Positions 20,022-31,450 of a DNA stretch of 47,527 nucleotides are shown here, one piece after another (the stretch's first letter is position 1; each line of letters starts with the position of its first letter). The translations under genes were made by a program, and so were the position numbers. The DNA is taken from assembly GCA_046581755.1 (NCBI GenBank), contig JAYGFR010000131.1, positions 1 to 47,527 on the forward strand. Reading direction: 5' to 3'. Origin of the DNA: Nitrospinota bacterium. Lineage in GTDB: Bacteria; UBA8248. The notes below the pieces were generated by a model. That model was not told the DNA's origin. It did no database searches and saw nothing but the letters and a program-made list of their open reading frames with translations.

Positions 20022-22812
20022 TTTTCAAAGCGCGGGAATCCCCCGCCTTCCTCCGGATGCCGATCTTGCGGACTTGGATGCGAAGACAATCTTCGGGAGA
20101 AAAACCCAGGCAAGTGGCGAGAATTTCGGAAACCTTCGGCTTGGCACCATCTCCGTACCGTAAAGTAAGATATAGCTGCAGGGTGGCTTTCCCTGCCGTC
20201 CTCAAAACCGTCTTTTTTATTTCGATGTTTAAAATGGCCGGGCGGGCATCGAACCGGATCATTTTGCCTTTGCGAATCCGGCTGATCTCGATGGATTCGG
20301 CGGCAAGCGTACGATAGACGGCGGCTTCGATTTCACTTTCGACGTCCGGCCTGCATTCGAGCCAATCGGGCGAAAAGGATATTTCATAAATAGCCGCCGC
20401 CAAGACGTTCCCGGCGCCCGAAACTCCCGGTTCGAGCTTCCAGACGGCCCATGGGCGGAGCCCTGAGGGCAGCGCATCCTGGATTTTACGGAATACCTCA
20501 AGAATTTTGAACTTTCCGTTTGTCTCAAGCAGCGGAATGTCGATCAGTTCGGCCCGGCTTTCGAAACCAAGCGGGAGGGCGTGCGAGAATACGATTTTTG
20601 GATGCGGATTAAACCCTCGGGTGTGTTCAACGCGCAAGCGCGCTCTTTGGAGGGCCCGGGAGAAGGTGCGCAGAATCTCAAGGTGGCTGAGAAAGCGAAG
20701 GTCGCCTTTTTTCTCGAACATGAGGCGGAATCGGGTTACGGGAGCCTCGGGCTGTGCTGCGGCGATGCCCGGATTGTCCTCCTGGGCGTCTTCGAACCCA
20801 ACGGGGACAGGTCCGGACAATCTGGATGGGCTCCGTAGGCGCTTGGGGCGCCGCCGCGCCGGACCTTTCTCCAGTTTATTCTGCTCCTTGATAATGGCCA
20901 GTTCCACGGGTTCGTGCCCGCTGTGGTCGATGAGGGGGAGCGCCCGCTCCGGAGGAGGGAGGGGCTTGGCGTAATGGTATTTGATACCTTTGTAGTTATC
21001 CAGGATTCCACATTGGCCGCATGATTCATACCGGCAGTCGCCCACCGTGATCTCGCGGAGGGATCGGTTCCATTCGGCCAGTTGATATTCCTTCGTTACC
21101 CCGCAATCGAGATGATCCCACGGAAGAGTTTCGTCCACGGGAATTTCCCTGTAGGCATACCACTCCGGATCCAGGCCATGCGTCTCAAAGGCGTCCATCC
21201 ATTTGCCGAAATCGAAATACTCTCCCCAGCCATCGAACTTGCAGCCCAAATCAACGGCTGTTTCGATGACGTCGGCGAGGCGGCGGTCTCCTTTCGAGAG
21301 GATGGCCTCGAAAAAGCTGCTTTGGGGGTCGGACCACCTCAGGCGAATATGGCGGGCCTTCACTCTGTCGCGGATGAAATTCAGTTTTTCCTTGATAGTT
21401 TCCCGGTGATCCTGAGGGAACCACTGGAAAGGCGTATGGGGTTTGGGAACGAATGTAGAGAGGCTGACATTGATGAACCGGAATTTTTCTCCCGTTTGAT
21501 CTCTCCGCATGTCGGCGCACGTATGAAGCATATCGACTAATTTCTGCAAGTCTTCGGTGGTCTCCGTCGGCAAGCCCAACATAAAATAAAATTTCACGCC
21601 CGGCCACCCGGCGTCGAGAATGTCCTGGAGATTCCGCCTGAGGTCGGCCTCGGTGAGCACTTTATTGATTACGTTTCGCAACCGCTCGCTCCCGGCCTCG
21701 GGGACGAGTGTGAAGCCGGTTTTGCGAACGCGGGCGATCTCGGAGAGCAATTCCGGATTTATGGCGCCCACGCGGAGAGAGGGCAGGGAGATGGAGGTAT
21801 TGATCGGCGCCAGCCGCTCCATCATCCTCGGCACGAGGCCCTTGAGGGGCTGGTAGTCAGCGATGCAAAGAGAAGAAAGGCTGATTTCCTCATAGCCCGT
21901 GTTCAGGAGAGATTCCTCGGCCAAGTCCAGGACTTTCATCGGGTCGCGATCCCGCACAGGCCGGTACACCATGCCGGCATGACAAAACCGGCAACCCCGC
22001 GTGCAGCCGCGCTGCACCTCGAGAGTTACGCGATCATGGACAACCTGCGTATAGGGAATCACGGGTTTCGTCGGGTGGGGAGAGTTGTTGAGGTCTTCGA
22101 GGAGGCGGGAGAGAATTATTTTTTCCCCGCCCGATACGTGGCGAACCTTTCGAATTTCTCCTCCCGTTTCATAGTCGACCTGGTGCCGGGAGGGAATGTA
22201 AATTCCGGGGAGCCGCTCCAGACGCTCCAGAAGCGCTTCCCGCGACTCTCCGGATTCCCGCCAATTTTCGTGAAGGTCCACAATCTCGGGAAACACCTCC
22301 TCCCCGTCCCCCAAAGCCACGGCATCGAAGAACGGGGCCACCGGCTCTACGTTGAAAACGACTGGCCCGCCGGCGACGACGAGGGGGTGGATTCGGCTGC
22401 GGTTTTCCGTTCTCCGGGGTATGCCCGCGAGATCGAGCAAATGAATCACGTTGCTTGCCGACAGTTCATACAAGAGCGATATGCCCAGGATGTGAAATTC
22501 GCGGACAGGTTTTCGGCTTTCAAGGGATGCGAGCGGCGCGCCATGTTTCTTGAGCAGTTCCTCGAAATCCATCCATGGCACGAAAACGCGCTCCGCTGCG
22601 ATGTCCTCCCTCTCATTGAGTAAATGATAAAGGATTCGGATGCCGTTATGAGACATTCCGACTTCGTATGTATCGGGAAAGGCAAGCGCAACATGATTGC
22701 GAACCCGGGTCAGGTCTTTTTTGATGACATTTACTTCGTTTCCCAAATAGCGCGAGGGTTTTTCCACGAATGGGAATATGTCTCGCGCATAATCCAAGGC
22801 TGGTGCAGCCAA
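20011..22812 (-). CDS. B12-binding radical SAM protein fused to a C-terminal radical-SAM-linked domain (TIGR03960/TIGR03936-like)
   Basis: KPSRYLGNE, FPDTYEVGMS, CTRGCRFC and C-terminal LRFLSHLE...GFNPHPK. Usual position between rodA and rng; start estimated. Confidence 0.9.
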   Translation of the reverse strand: MAAPALDYARDIFPFVEKPSRYLGNEVNVIKKDLTRVRNHVALAFPDTYEVGMSHNGIRILYHLLNEREDIAAERVFVPWMDFEELLKKHGAPLASLESRKPVREFHILGISLLYELSASNVIHLLDLAGIPRRTENRSRIHPLVVAGGPVVFNVEPVAPFFDAVALGDGEEVFPEIVDLHENWRESGESREALLERLERLPGIYIPSRHQVDYETGGEIRKVRHVSGGEKIILSRLLEDLNNSPHPTKPVIPYTQVVHDRVTLEVQRGCTRGCRFCHAGMVYRPVRDRDPMKVLDLAEESLLNTGYEEISLSSLCIADYQPLKGLVPRMMERLAPINTSISLPSLRVGAINPELLSEIARVRKTGFTLVPEAGSERLRNVINKVLTEADLRRNLQDILDAGWPGVKFYFMLGLPTETTEDLQKLVDMLHTCADMRRDQTGEKFRFINVSLSTFVPKPHTPFQWFPQDHRETIKEKLNFIRDRVKARHIRLRWSDPQSSFFEAILSKGDRRLADVIETAVDLGCKFDGWGEYFDFGKWMDAFETHGLDPEWYAYREIPVDETLPWDHLDCGVTKEYQLAEWNRSLREITVGDCRYESCGQCGILDNYKGIKYHYAKPLPPPERALPLIDHSGHEPVELAIIKEQNKLEKGPARRRPKRLRSPSRLSGPVPVGFEDAQEDNPGIAAAQPEAPVTRFRLMFEKKGDLRFLSHLEILRTFSRALQRARLRVEHTRGFNPHPKIVFSHALPLGFESRAELIDIPLLETNGKFKILEVFRKIQDALPSGLRPWAVWKLEPGVSGAGNVLAAAIYEISFSPDWLECRPDVESEIEAAVYRTLAAESIEISRIRKGKMIRFDARPAILNIEIKKTVLRTAGKATLQLYLTLRYGDGAKPKVSEILATCLGFSPEDCLRIQVRKIGIRRKAGDSRALKNVV

Positions 22813-22989
22813 GTTATAAACCCCATGCGGTCGCGACCCCACCCCCGCCCAGTGATTTGCCCGGGAAGTTGGGGGTAAGCGCTGGAAAATTCCAACTCAT
22901 TTTATCTTGGCCGAAATCAAGGTTTTTTACAACTCTCCGCGGCATTTCGGAATTGAAGCAACTAAGGGAACCCTTTGATAGAAAATCGG

Positions 22990-24144
22990 CTAGGACGACT
23001 GATGGAATGAGAAGGGACTTCTCCTCCGAATGCGCACGTTGACCACCAATCCGGCCGCGATAAAAGCGGTCAAAGAGGCGCTCCCGCCGTAGCTCACGAA
23101 GGGCAGAGGAATTCCCACGATGGGGATAATTCCAAGCGTCATTCCGATGTTGAGCGTGGTGTATAAAAAGAAGGAGGTTCCCACCCCTGTGGCGATGAGC
23201 ACCCCCTCGCGGTCGGCGGCATTCAGCGCGATGAGGAAGCAGCGCTGGATAAATATCAGAAACAAAAGGAGAAGTAGCGTGCCGCCGACAAAGCCTAGTT
23301 CCTCGCTTAACACGGAGAAGACGAAATCGGTATGTTTTTCGGGAAGAAAATGGAGGCGGCTCTGGGTCCCTTGGAGCAGTCCCTTTCCCCAGAATTCTCC
23401 GCTGCCCACGGCTATTTTGCTCTGCATGCTTTGGTAGCCGGCCCCGAGAAGGTCGGCGTCGGGGTTCATGACCGTGAGGATTCGCCTCTTTTGGTAATCC
23501 TTTAAAAATAACCAGCCAATCGGCATGGCCGCGATGCATGCAGAGGTGAGGTAAGCCAGTACCCGCCTCTCCACGCCCACGACGAGAACCATCACCGTTG
23601 CGATCATCAATATCGTCAAGGCGGTTCCCAGGTCCGGTTGCTTGGCGATGAGCCCGACCGGAATTATCATTAGGACAAAGGGAATCACGAGGTCGCGAAA
23701 CCTGAGCGCATCAGAGGATTCGCGGGTTCCAAAATAGCGGGCCAACACGAGGATCACCGCCAGCTTCGCCAACTCGGACGGCTGCACGCGGATGGGGCCG
23801 AGGACGAGCCACCGTTTGGCTCCGTAGATGACGCGTCCCGCCACCAAAACAATAATAAGCAGTGCCACAACGATGATGAAGAAAAAATACGCCAGGCGGG
23901 AAATGTAGTGGTAGTCGAAAACGAGAATCAGGGCCAGGAGGCAAAGCCCGATGGAGGACCATAGGGCCTGCTTCCAATGAAGGGCATTGGCCAGGAGGTC
24001 GGCATTAGTGTGAATGGCGCTGTAAATCATCAAAACGCCAAATCCGGAGAGGCCGGTGATGGCCACGATTAACAGCCAGTCAATTTGCCCAAGAATCCGC
24101 CGAAAAGGCGAAAGCGGGGTCAGGGAGCTATCGATGCCCCTCAA
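22990..24144 (-). CDS. rodA: Rod shape-determining protein RodA
   Basis: GAKRW, QPSELAK, QPDLGT, LPEKHTDF and LPFVSYGGS motifs. Confidence 0.96.
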   Translation of the reverse strand: MRGIDSSLTPLSPFRRILGQIDWLLIVAITGLSGFGVLMIYSAIHTNADLLANALHWKQALWSSIGLCLLALILVFDYHYISRLAYFFFIIVVALLIIVLVAGRVIYGAKRWLVLGPIRVQPSELAKLAVILVLARYFGTRESSDALRFRDLVIPFVLMIIPVGLIAKQPDLGTALTILMIATVMVLVVGVERRVLAYLTSACIAAMPIGWLFLKDYQKRRILTVMNPDADLLGAGYQSMQSKIAVGSGEFWGKGLLQGTQSRLHFLPEKHTDFVFSVLSEELGFVGGTLLLLLFLIFIQRCFLIALNAADREGVLIATGVGTSFFLYTTLNIGMTLGIIPIVGIPLPFVSYGGSASLTAFIAAGLVVNVRIRRRSPFSFHQSS

Positions 24145-26045
24145 GGGCCCGTCTCCCGTGGCGGCTCCGCCCGGAAAGCGGCCCGGAACGAGGGGAGATC
24201 GTTGGAGGCCAGAACTTTTTGGGATTTCCTCACCTTGAGATAAAAGGCGATGAGTTCTCGGGCGATGGGGGCGAAAAACGAACCGGAGCGGCCCGCATGT
24301 TCGGCCAATATGGCAATGGCGATCTTCGGATTTTTAAAGGGCGCATATGCGACAAACCAGCCATGGTCCCGGAAATTTCGGGGAAGCGATTCGGGTTTTT
24401 TCTTCCGGCCGGTGACTGAGAGGCGAACCGTCTGAGCGGTTCCGGTTTTCCCAGCGACGCCCACGCCCGGGATCGCCGCCTTTTTGGCGGTTCCCCTCGG
24501 GCCGTTGACCACTTCCCATAGCCCTTGTTGCACTTTATTGAAAATTTCCGGTTTGATGGGGATCCTGCGGACTGCGGTTGGCTTGTGCTCGAACGCGATT
24601 TTACCGTCCCGCCCGAAGGCGCGCCTGACGATGTAGGGTTTCCAGAGCGTGCCTCCGTTCGCCGTCGTCGCGATGAGATTCGCCGCCTGTAGCGGGGTCA
24701 TGAGGTTAAACCCTTGCCCGATGGAAACGCTGATGGTCTCTCCCTTGTACCAACTTTCCTTGAAGCGTTTTCGCTTCCAGGCAGCCGAAGGAATCAGGCC
24801 GCCCTTCTCCCGGGGAGCGAAGCCGGTCGGCGAGCCCAGGCCGAACAATCGGGCGACCTTGGCGATGCGTTCGATTTCGAGCAAATTGCCCACGGTGTAG
24901 TAGTACACATCACAACTCTGGGCGAGAGACTGAACTAGACCCATATATCCGTGGCCTCCCCTTTTCCAATCATGGAACACCCGCCCACCGAACCGAAAGC
25001 CTCCGTTGCAAAATATTTTATCCTCGGGCGATTTGACGCCCTCCGATAAGGTGGCGAATGCCATGGCGATTTTAAATATTGAGCCGGGCGGATATTGGCT
25101 GCGTATGGCCCTGTTTTGGAGCGGTTTGAGAGGATTCTCCCTGAGGGCGCGCCAATCTTCGCGCTGAATGCCGCCCGCGAACTTATTCGGATCCAGGGAC
25201 GGTTTGCTGACCATGGCCAGGATGGCGCCATCGTTCGGATCGATCGCCACGATGGCGCCCTCGTATTCCTTGAAGAGGTTTTCCGCTTTTGCCTGTAGTT
25301 CATAGTTCAGGGTGAGCTGGAGGTTGAAACCGTGTTTTTCGACAAAAGGGCGGACCACCCGCAGTTCCCGCCCGTAGGCGTCCACTTCGACCTGCTTGAA
25401 GCCGGATTCTCCCCGCAGAAGATTTTCCATGGAAAATTCGACCCCACGTTTTCCGATCAAATCGCCTTGCCTGTATTTGAGCTTCTTCAACTTGACTAGG
25501 TCACCCGGGGTGACTTCGCCCAGCGTGCCGAGAAGATGGCCTGCATGGTCCCCGTTGGGATAACGGCGAAGCGGGGTCACCTGGATGAACACGCCAGGAA
25601 GTTCGGGGCGGTGTTCTTCGAGAAAAGCCACGGTTCTTCGATCCACATCGGCCTTGATGAGAAACGGGCGGAAAGGACTAGCCCGCCGAACCTTTTTTCG
25701 AAGAGATTCGGTCGGCCGATTGGTGGCCTGGGAGAGGGTGCGGATGGTTTTTGTCAGGTTTTTAACGTCTTCCTTAATGAGAAAAACGTCGAACGAGGGC
25801 CGGTTGTCGGCGAGGATTCGGCCGTCGCTATCGTAGATCACCCCGCGCGGACTTCGCACGATCCGGTAGGCGATCCGGTTGTTTTCCGAAAGAGAGCGGA
25901 ATTTTTCTCCATGAATGACCTGAAGATTCCAGAGCCGGAAAAAGAGGCCGATGAGGATCAAAGCCGACAAAAGCGCCAGAATTCGAACCCTGCGGCGAAG
26001 GGAATCGGGGACTTCAGCATTCTTGCGGAGTGGCGAACTAATCAT
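24141..26045 (-). CDS. mrdA: Penicillin-binding protein 2
   Basis: RGVIYD, YPPGSIFK (SxxK), SCDVYYY and KTGTAQ motifs. Confidence 0.96.
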   Translation of the reverse strand: MISSPLRKNAEVPDSLRRRVRILALLSALILIGLFFRLWNLQVIHGEKFRSLSENNRIAYRIVRSPRGVIYDSDGRILADNRPSFDVFLIKEDVKNLTKTIRTLSQATNRPTESLRKKVRRASPFRPFLIKADVDRRTVAFLEEHRPELPGVFIQVTPLRRYPNGDHAGHLLGTLGEVTPGDLVKLKKLKYRQGDLIGKRGVEFSMENLLRGESGFKQVEVDAYGRELRVVRPFVEKHGFNLQLTLNYELQAKAENLFKEYEGAIVAIDPNDGAILAMVSKPSLDPNKFAGGIQREDWRALRENPLKPLQNRAIRSQYPPGSIFKIAMAFATLSEGVKSPEDKIFCNGGFRFGGRVFHDWKRGGHGYMGLVQSLAQSCDVYYYTVGNLLEIERIAKVARLFGLGSPTGFAPREKGGLIPSAAWKRKRFKESWYKGETISVSIGQGFNLMTPLQAANLIATTANGGTLWKPYIVRRAFGRDGKIAFEHKPTAVRRIPIKPEIFNKVQQGLWEVVNGPRGTAKKAAIPGVGVAGKTGTAQTVRLSVTGRKKKPESLPRNFRDHGWFVAYAPFKNPKIAIAILAEHAGRSGSFFAPIARELIAFYLKVRKSQKVLASNDLPSFRAAFRAEPPRETGP

Positions 26046-26051
26046 GTCTTC

Positions 26052-26573
26052 TCATGGCCGATCGGGGTAGGGAACGCCGAGAGAGGAGGGAACGAGCCGG
26101 CTCTCGATTCTGCCCAAAAGGTGGATGACGAACGGTGCCAATACTGCGTTAAGAACAATGGTTTTGAGCGATGCAAGCCAGTAGCCGGCAGAAATTCCTA
26201 GGTCCGGCTGAAATAGGAGTGATAGCGCGGCCCACAGCAAAACATTGAAGGCGGTAGCGAAAAATACTAGCGCAACCAAGAAAAACCAGTTCCGCCTTGC
26301 GATGTTTCTCACCAGTCCTCCGGTGAGATATCCTGAGAGGCCTTTCGAAAGCGAATTTGCACCCAACAGCCCTCCAGAGAGAATATCCTGTAAAAGTCCA
26401 AGAATAAATCCTGTGATCAGTCCGCCCTCCGATCCCCGCCGCATCCCGATGTACAACGTTACGAGCAACATGGCATCCGGCCGGGCGCTGGTCCATGTAT
26501 GAAAATATTCCGTGATCGAAGTTTGAAAAACAATGGTCCCGGCGGCGGCGAAAAGATAAAAGAGGAATGTCAT
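26052..26573 (-). CDS. mreD: Rod shape-determining protein MreD
   Basis: Hydrophobic protein with RPD and GFILGLLQD, between mreC and mrdA. Confidence 0.9.
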   Translation of the reverse strand: MTFLFYLFAAAGTIVFQTSITEYFHTWTSARPDAMLLVTLYIGMRRGSEGGLITGFILGLLQDILSGGLLGANSLSKGLSGYLTGGLVRNIARRNWFFLVALVFFATAFNVLLWAALSLLFQPDLGISAGYWLASLKTIVLNAVLAPFVIHLLGRIESRLVPSSLGVPYPDRP

Positions 26574-27406
26574 TTCCAGGGAGTTTCCTTTTGACGGACA
26601 AACATAATCAGGACTTCCTCGAGTTTGTTGAAGTCCACGGTAGGCGAAGCCTTCACGGTCCGGAACAGATGCTTGTCTTCTCTCGTCGCGGATACCACGC
26701 GGGCCACGGGGATTCCCTTGGGAAAGATGCCTCCCAGGCCCGAGGAGACGAGCAAGTCCCCCCGTTTGACATCGGCTTCGACAGGCATATAACGAATCTC
26801 TCCCCGGTTTTCCGATGAGATGGAGAACACCCCCTGTGCCCGAGTGCGTTGAACGATGACATCTACCGAACTCCGTGAATCGATGATGGGGAGAACCTGA
26901 CTCACCGATCGCCCCACTCGAAACACCCTTCCGACGATGCCCCGCTGGTGGATGACGGGCATGTTGCGGCGGACACCGCTGATCCTCCCTTGGTCGATGA
27001 TGAATGATTTTCCGAATGGGCTTTGGTCGCGTCCGATGATTTGAGCCAAGCGCACCTGGGTTTTCTTTCCCCGAACGCTTCCAAGCAGCCCCTCCAACCG
27101 GGTGACCTGGGACTCAAGCTCGTGGATGCGGACGGAATCGCTCCGCAGGGAAGCAAGTTCTTTCAACATCCGCTTATTCTCCTCCCGAACCCCGCGGAGG
27201 GCGATATAGTTATCCCAAATATTCTGGGTCCATCGCCTGGGCGCGGTCGCCGTTTCGATGAGCACTCCCGATATGCTCAGCGCCAGTTCCTCGAATACTG
27301 TTGTTCCGCCTCTCCGGCGGGCGCTAAGAGACATGAGGGTGAAGCAAACGAGGAAAAGCGCGGTGAGAAGAGTGGCGCCACGGCGCTCGTAGAGCATCTG
27401 AAGCAT
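26570..27406 (-). CDS. mreC: Rod shape-determining protein MreC
   Basis: N-terminal TM, coiled coil, GIVGRV and SSGLGGIFPKGIPV motifs. Confidence 0.95.
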   Translation of the reverse strand: MLQMLYERRGATLLTALFLVCFTLMSLSARRRGGTTVFEELALSISGVLIETATAPRRWTQNIWDNYIALRGVREENKRMLKELASLRSDSVRIHELESQVTRLEGLLGSVRGKKTQVRLAQIIGRDQSPFGKSFIIDQGRISGVRRNMPVIHQRGIVGRVFRVGRSVSQVLPIIDSRSSVDVIVQRTRAQGVFSISSENRGEIRYMPVEADVKRGDLLVSSGLGGIFPKGIPVARVVSATREDKHLFRTVKASPTVDFNKLEEVLIMFVRQKETPWK

Positions 27407-27476
27407 CTATCCGTTTTCCGGAAGGTGGAGGGAAAGGAGTGACCTTGGATGGATAACAACTGTCACGCGGAATGTA

Positions 27477-28553
<1,077 letters not shown>

Positions 28554-28790
28554 TTATTAACACCCAGGGCCTGAGAAATCAAGTAATAACCAGCATTTAG
28601 CGGAATTGACTTTTTCCTTGAGCCACTGGGAGCGGGTGGACAAAGCTCCGTAAAGGGCCGATACCGACACTTGGATTCATATTTGGCCGTTGCGGCGGGG
28701 GGCTGACTGGGCTACGCTCGCTTTCCGCTGGAAAGCGTGGTCCCAAAAGGTGATTCGCCGTCTTTTGTTGAACAGAGAAGAGGAATCTCG

Positions 28791-30689
28791 ATGCTTCGTT
28801 TTTTACGCGAAAGGGGAAATACGTGGGTGCTGAAAGGGTTTTTGGGGGTGGTAGCCCTGACTTTCGTTTCGTGGGGCGGATATTCCTCCATGACCTCGGG
28901 GAATGCCGTATCAGGCGGACGGGTGGCCGCTTGGGTGAACGAGAATCCCATTTCGGTTCGGGAATTTGAAAGCCGTTATTACCGGCAGGCCGAAAGTATG
29001 CGGCAGCGGCTCGGGGCGGCATTCACGCCGGAACTCGAGCGCCAACTGAATCTGCGGCGGGCCACTTTCCAGCAAATCGTGTCGGAAATGCTCCAATTGA
29101 CAGAGGCCGCCCGCCTGGGAATCGAAGTTTCGGATGCCGAGGTGGCGCTCAGCATCCAGGAAGATTCCGCCTTTCAGATTTCGGGTCGATTCGACTCAGT
29201 TCGCTACAAACAGGTTTTGCGGGAAAATCGCTTGAATGCCCGGCAGTACGAAAAGAGTCAACGGCGCGCCATCGCCACATCGCGCCTGCGCCGCTATCTG
29301 GGTTTGGGTGCCACGATAGTGGAAAGCGAGGTTCGAGATGCCTACCGGTGGCGCAACGAAAAAATTCGTTTGGACATCATTCGGATAATGCCGGAAATGT
29401 TTTCCAAGGAAGTTTCAGTCAAGGACGAAGACCTGAAAGCCTACTTTGCCAAAGACAAAGCCACTTTCCGGACTGGGCCGAAGCGCAAGGCCAAGTGGTG
29501 GTTTCTCCCTTACGCGGCTGTTTCGGCGAGAATGACTTTCAAGGAACACGATTTGATATCCCATTACCAGGATACCCGTTCGCGCTACAAAGTGAAGGAA
29601 TCGGTGACCGTTCACCAGATTCTCCGCAAGGTGCTGCCTGATGCTAAAAAAGAAAAATTCGAGAAGGCCAAGAACCTGCTTGCCGGGATTCGCAAGCAAA
29701 TTGCGGCGGGGAAAAGATTCGCCGAGTTGGCGAAAGCGAATTCCGAGGGTCCGGCCGCATCGAAAGGAGGCAAGCTGGGCGTCTTCGAGCGGGGACAGAT
29801 GCTGCCTGTTTTGGAAAAGATCGTGTTCGCCCTCAAGGCGGGGAAGGTGAGCCAACCCATCCAGACTTCCTTCGGGGTCCATTTGATCCTGGTGAGCAAA
29901 CATACGCGCGGCGGGGTGCTGCCGTTCAGCGAAGTGCGCTCGAAAGTGGAAGCCTCATTGAGGGACCAAAAAGCGCGTGTCGCCGCCAAAAAGATGTTGC
30001 GCCTGGTGCGCTACGATGTGGAGGATAAGAAGCCGGTCCCGAAAACGGCAGGGCTGCAAAGCGGCGGGACAGGATTTTTCGAAAGAGGGAGGCCTCCCGT
30101 TTTGGCTCCTGAGAGGAAGATTATTTCGAGGCTCGTCTTTGAGTTGAAAAAGAAAGGGGACTTATCCACCGAAAGGACGGGCGAGAAGGGCACCATATTT
30201 GTTCGTCTGGTGGATATGAAGCCGTCCGAAGTGCCCCCTCTCAAGTCTGTGGAGAGTCGGGTCCACGCCCAGTATATATTGAAAAAGGCCGGTGAAATTG
30301 CCGACCGCAAATCGGAGACTTGGCTGGCCCAGCTTCAAAAAGGGGAAAAAAAGTTCGACGCCCTGGCGGCGGATTTGAAAGTAAAGATTTCTCAGCCGGA
30401 ACCGTTTTCCCGCCTGGTGGCGCCCGCCGAATTTCGCGAGGGGGCCGGGACGATCGGAAAAATTTTCCAACTCAAAAAAGGAAAATTCGACCGAATCCGG
30501 AACCGCGGATATTTCCTGATGGTCCGGGGGGGTGATTCGCCGTCGGTGGATATGTCGAAGTATCGAGAGCAGAAAAAAAAGTTGAGTGAAGGGCTCCTCG
30601 CCGCAAAAAGCAGAAACATTTTTACCAGGCGAATGGGGGACATTCAAAAGGCGGCAAAAATTCGGTTCGAAGGAGGATTTTCTCTATAA
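28791..30689 (+). CDS. ppiD: PpiD/SurA-family periplasmic chaperone with parvulin PPIase domain
   Basis: N-terminal anchor, SurA-like N domain, parvulin motifs FAELAKANS, GGKLG and PIQTSFGVHLI. Confidence 0.85.
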   Translation: MLRFLRERGNTWVLKGFLGVVALTFVSWGGYSSMTSGNAVSGGRVAAWVNENPISVREFESRYYRQAESMRQRLGAAFTPELERQLNLRRATFQQIVSEMLQLTEAARLGIEVSDAEVALSIQEDSAFQISGRFDSVRYKQVLRENRLNARQYEKSQRRAIATSRLRRYLGLGATIVESEVRDAYRWRNEKIRLDIIRIMPEMFSKEVSVKDEDLKAYFAKDKATFRTGPKRKAKWWFLPYAAVSARMTFKEHDLISHYQDTRSRYKVKESVTVHQILRKVLPDAKKEKFEKAKNLLAGIRKQIAAGKRFAELAKANSEGPAASKGGKLGVFERGQMLPVLEKIVFALKAGKVSQPIQTSFGVHLILVSKHTRGGVLPFSEVRSKVEASLRDQKARVAAKKMLRLVRYDVEDKKPVPKTAGLQSGGTGFFERGRPPVLAPERKIISRLVFELKKKGDLSTERTGEKGTIFVRLVDMKPSEVPPLKSVESRVHAQYILKKAGEIADRKSETWLAQLQKGEKKFDALAADLKVKISQPEPFSRLVAPAEFREGAGTIGKIFQLKKGKFDRIRNRGYFLMVRGGDSPSVDMSKYREQKKKLSEGLLAAKSRNIFTRRMGDIQKAAKIRFEGGFSL

Positions 30690-30712
30690 ATCGGGGGTGA
30701 ATTTTTGCGGGC

Positions 30713-31027
30713 CTACCGCCAGAATTCCTCCCGATCCTCGGGTCGAATTTCGTGTTTTTCCTGCATCCCTTTCTTGAACTGCTCCTCCGCTTCCTTTTTG
30801 CGCACCTTTTGTTGCTCCATCAGTTCTTTCAGGTCCGGAGATTTCTTCTTGGCGGCCTCGGCAAAGGGATCCTTTACATGATGCCGGGCGATGGAAATGA
30901 GTTCTCCCCGAATCTCGATCTTCAACTGATTTCCCGGAACGGCGCCTAGCGCCTTCATGACCTCTTTGGGGAGGCGAATCCGCCCGCCCTCGCCGATGTC
31001 TTGGATATGAATATTTTTATCGCTCAT
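30713..31027 (-). CDS. AbrB/MazE/SpoVT-family DNA-binding protein
   Basis: IGEGGRIRLPKEVMKALGAVPGNQL swapped-hairpin pattern. Confidence 0.7.
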   Translation of the reverse strand: MSDKNIHIQDIGEGGRIRLPKEVMKALGAVPGNQLKIEIRGELISIARHHVKDPFAEAAKKKSPDLKELMEQQKVRKKEAEEQFKKGMQEKHEIRPEDREEFWR

Positions 31028-31045
31028 TTTCGCGCTCCCGGTAAT

Positions 31046-31450
31046 TTATTCCCCTGAGAGGCTGTAGGCGCCCTTTTCCCGGAGCGTCACATTGGGTCCG
31101 GGCGGTGCATAGATGACGATGTATTTTAAAATTTCATCGCCCGTGCTGCTCACCTCGTGCATTTTTCCAGGCGGGACAAAAACCGCGTCGCCTTCTGCAA
31201 CCTCGATGGGCTCGTCTTCGATCCAGATGATCCCGGTTCCGCTGATAATATAAAAGGCATGCTCTTCTTTATCGTGTTTGTGCGCCTTGGATGTCAGGCC
31301 GGGGTCGAACTCGTTGACGAGAAGTGCAAACTGCTTGGCCCCGACGCTTTCCTCGTCCAGCAGGATCCGGAACATGCTTTTTCCGCCCGGAACGGGCAGA
31401 TCGCCCGTGGCGGCCTCGTCCCGGCGGACGCGGTACGGTTTTTCGTTCAT
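31046..31450 (-). CDS. Cupin domain protein
   Basis: HKHDKEEHAFYIISGTG and GDAVFVPPGKMH metal-binding motifs. ATG overlaps the thiD stop. Confidence 0.9.
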   Translation of the reverse strand: MNEKPYRVRRDEAATGDLPVPGGKSMFRILLDEESVGAKQFALLVNEFDPGLTSKAHKHDKEEHAFYIISGTGIIWIEDEPIEVAEGDAVFVPPGKMHEVSSTGDEILKYIVIYAPPGPNVTLREKGAYSLSGE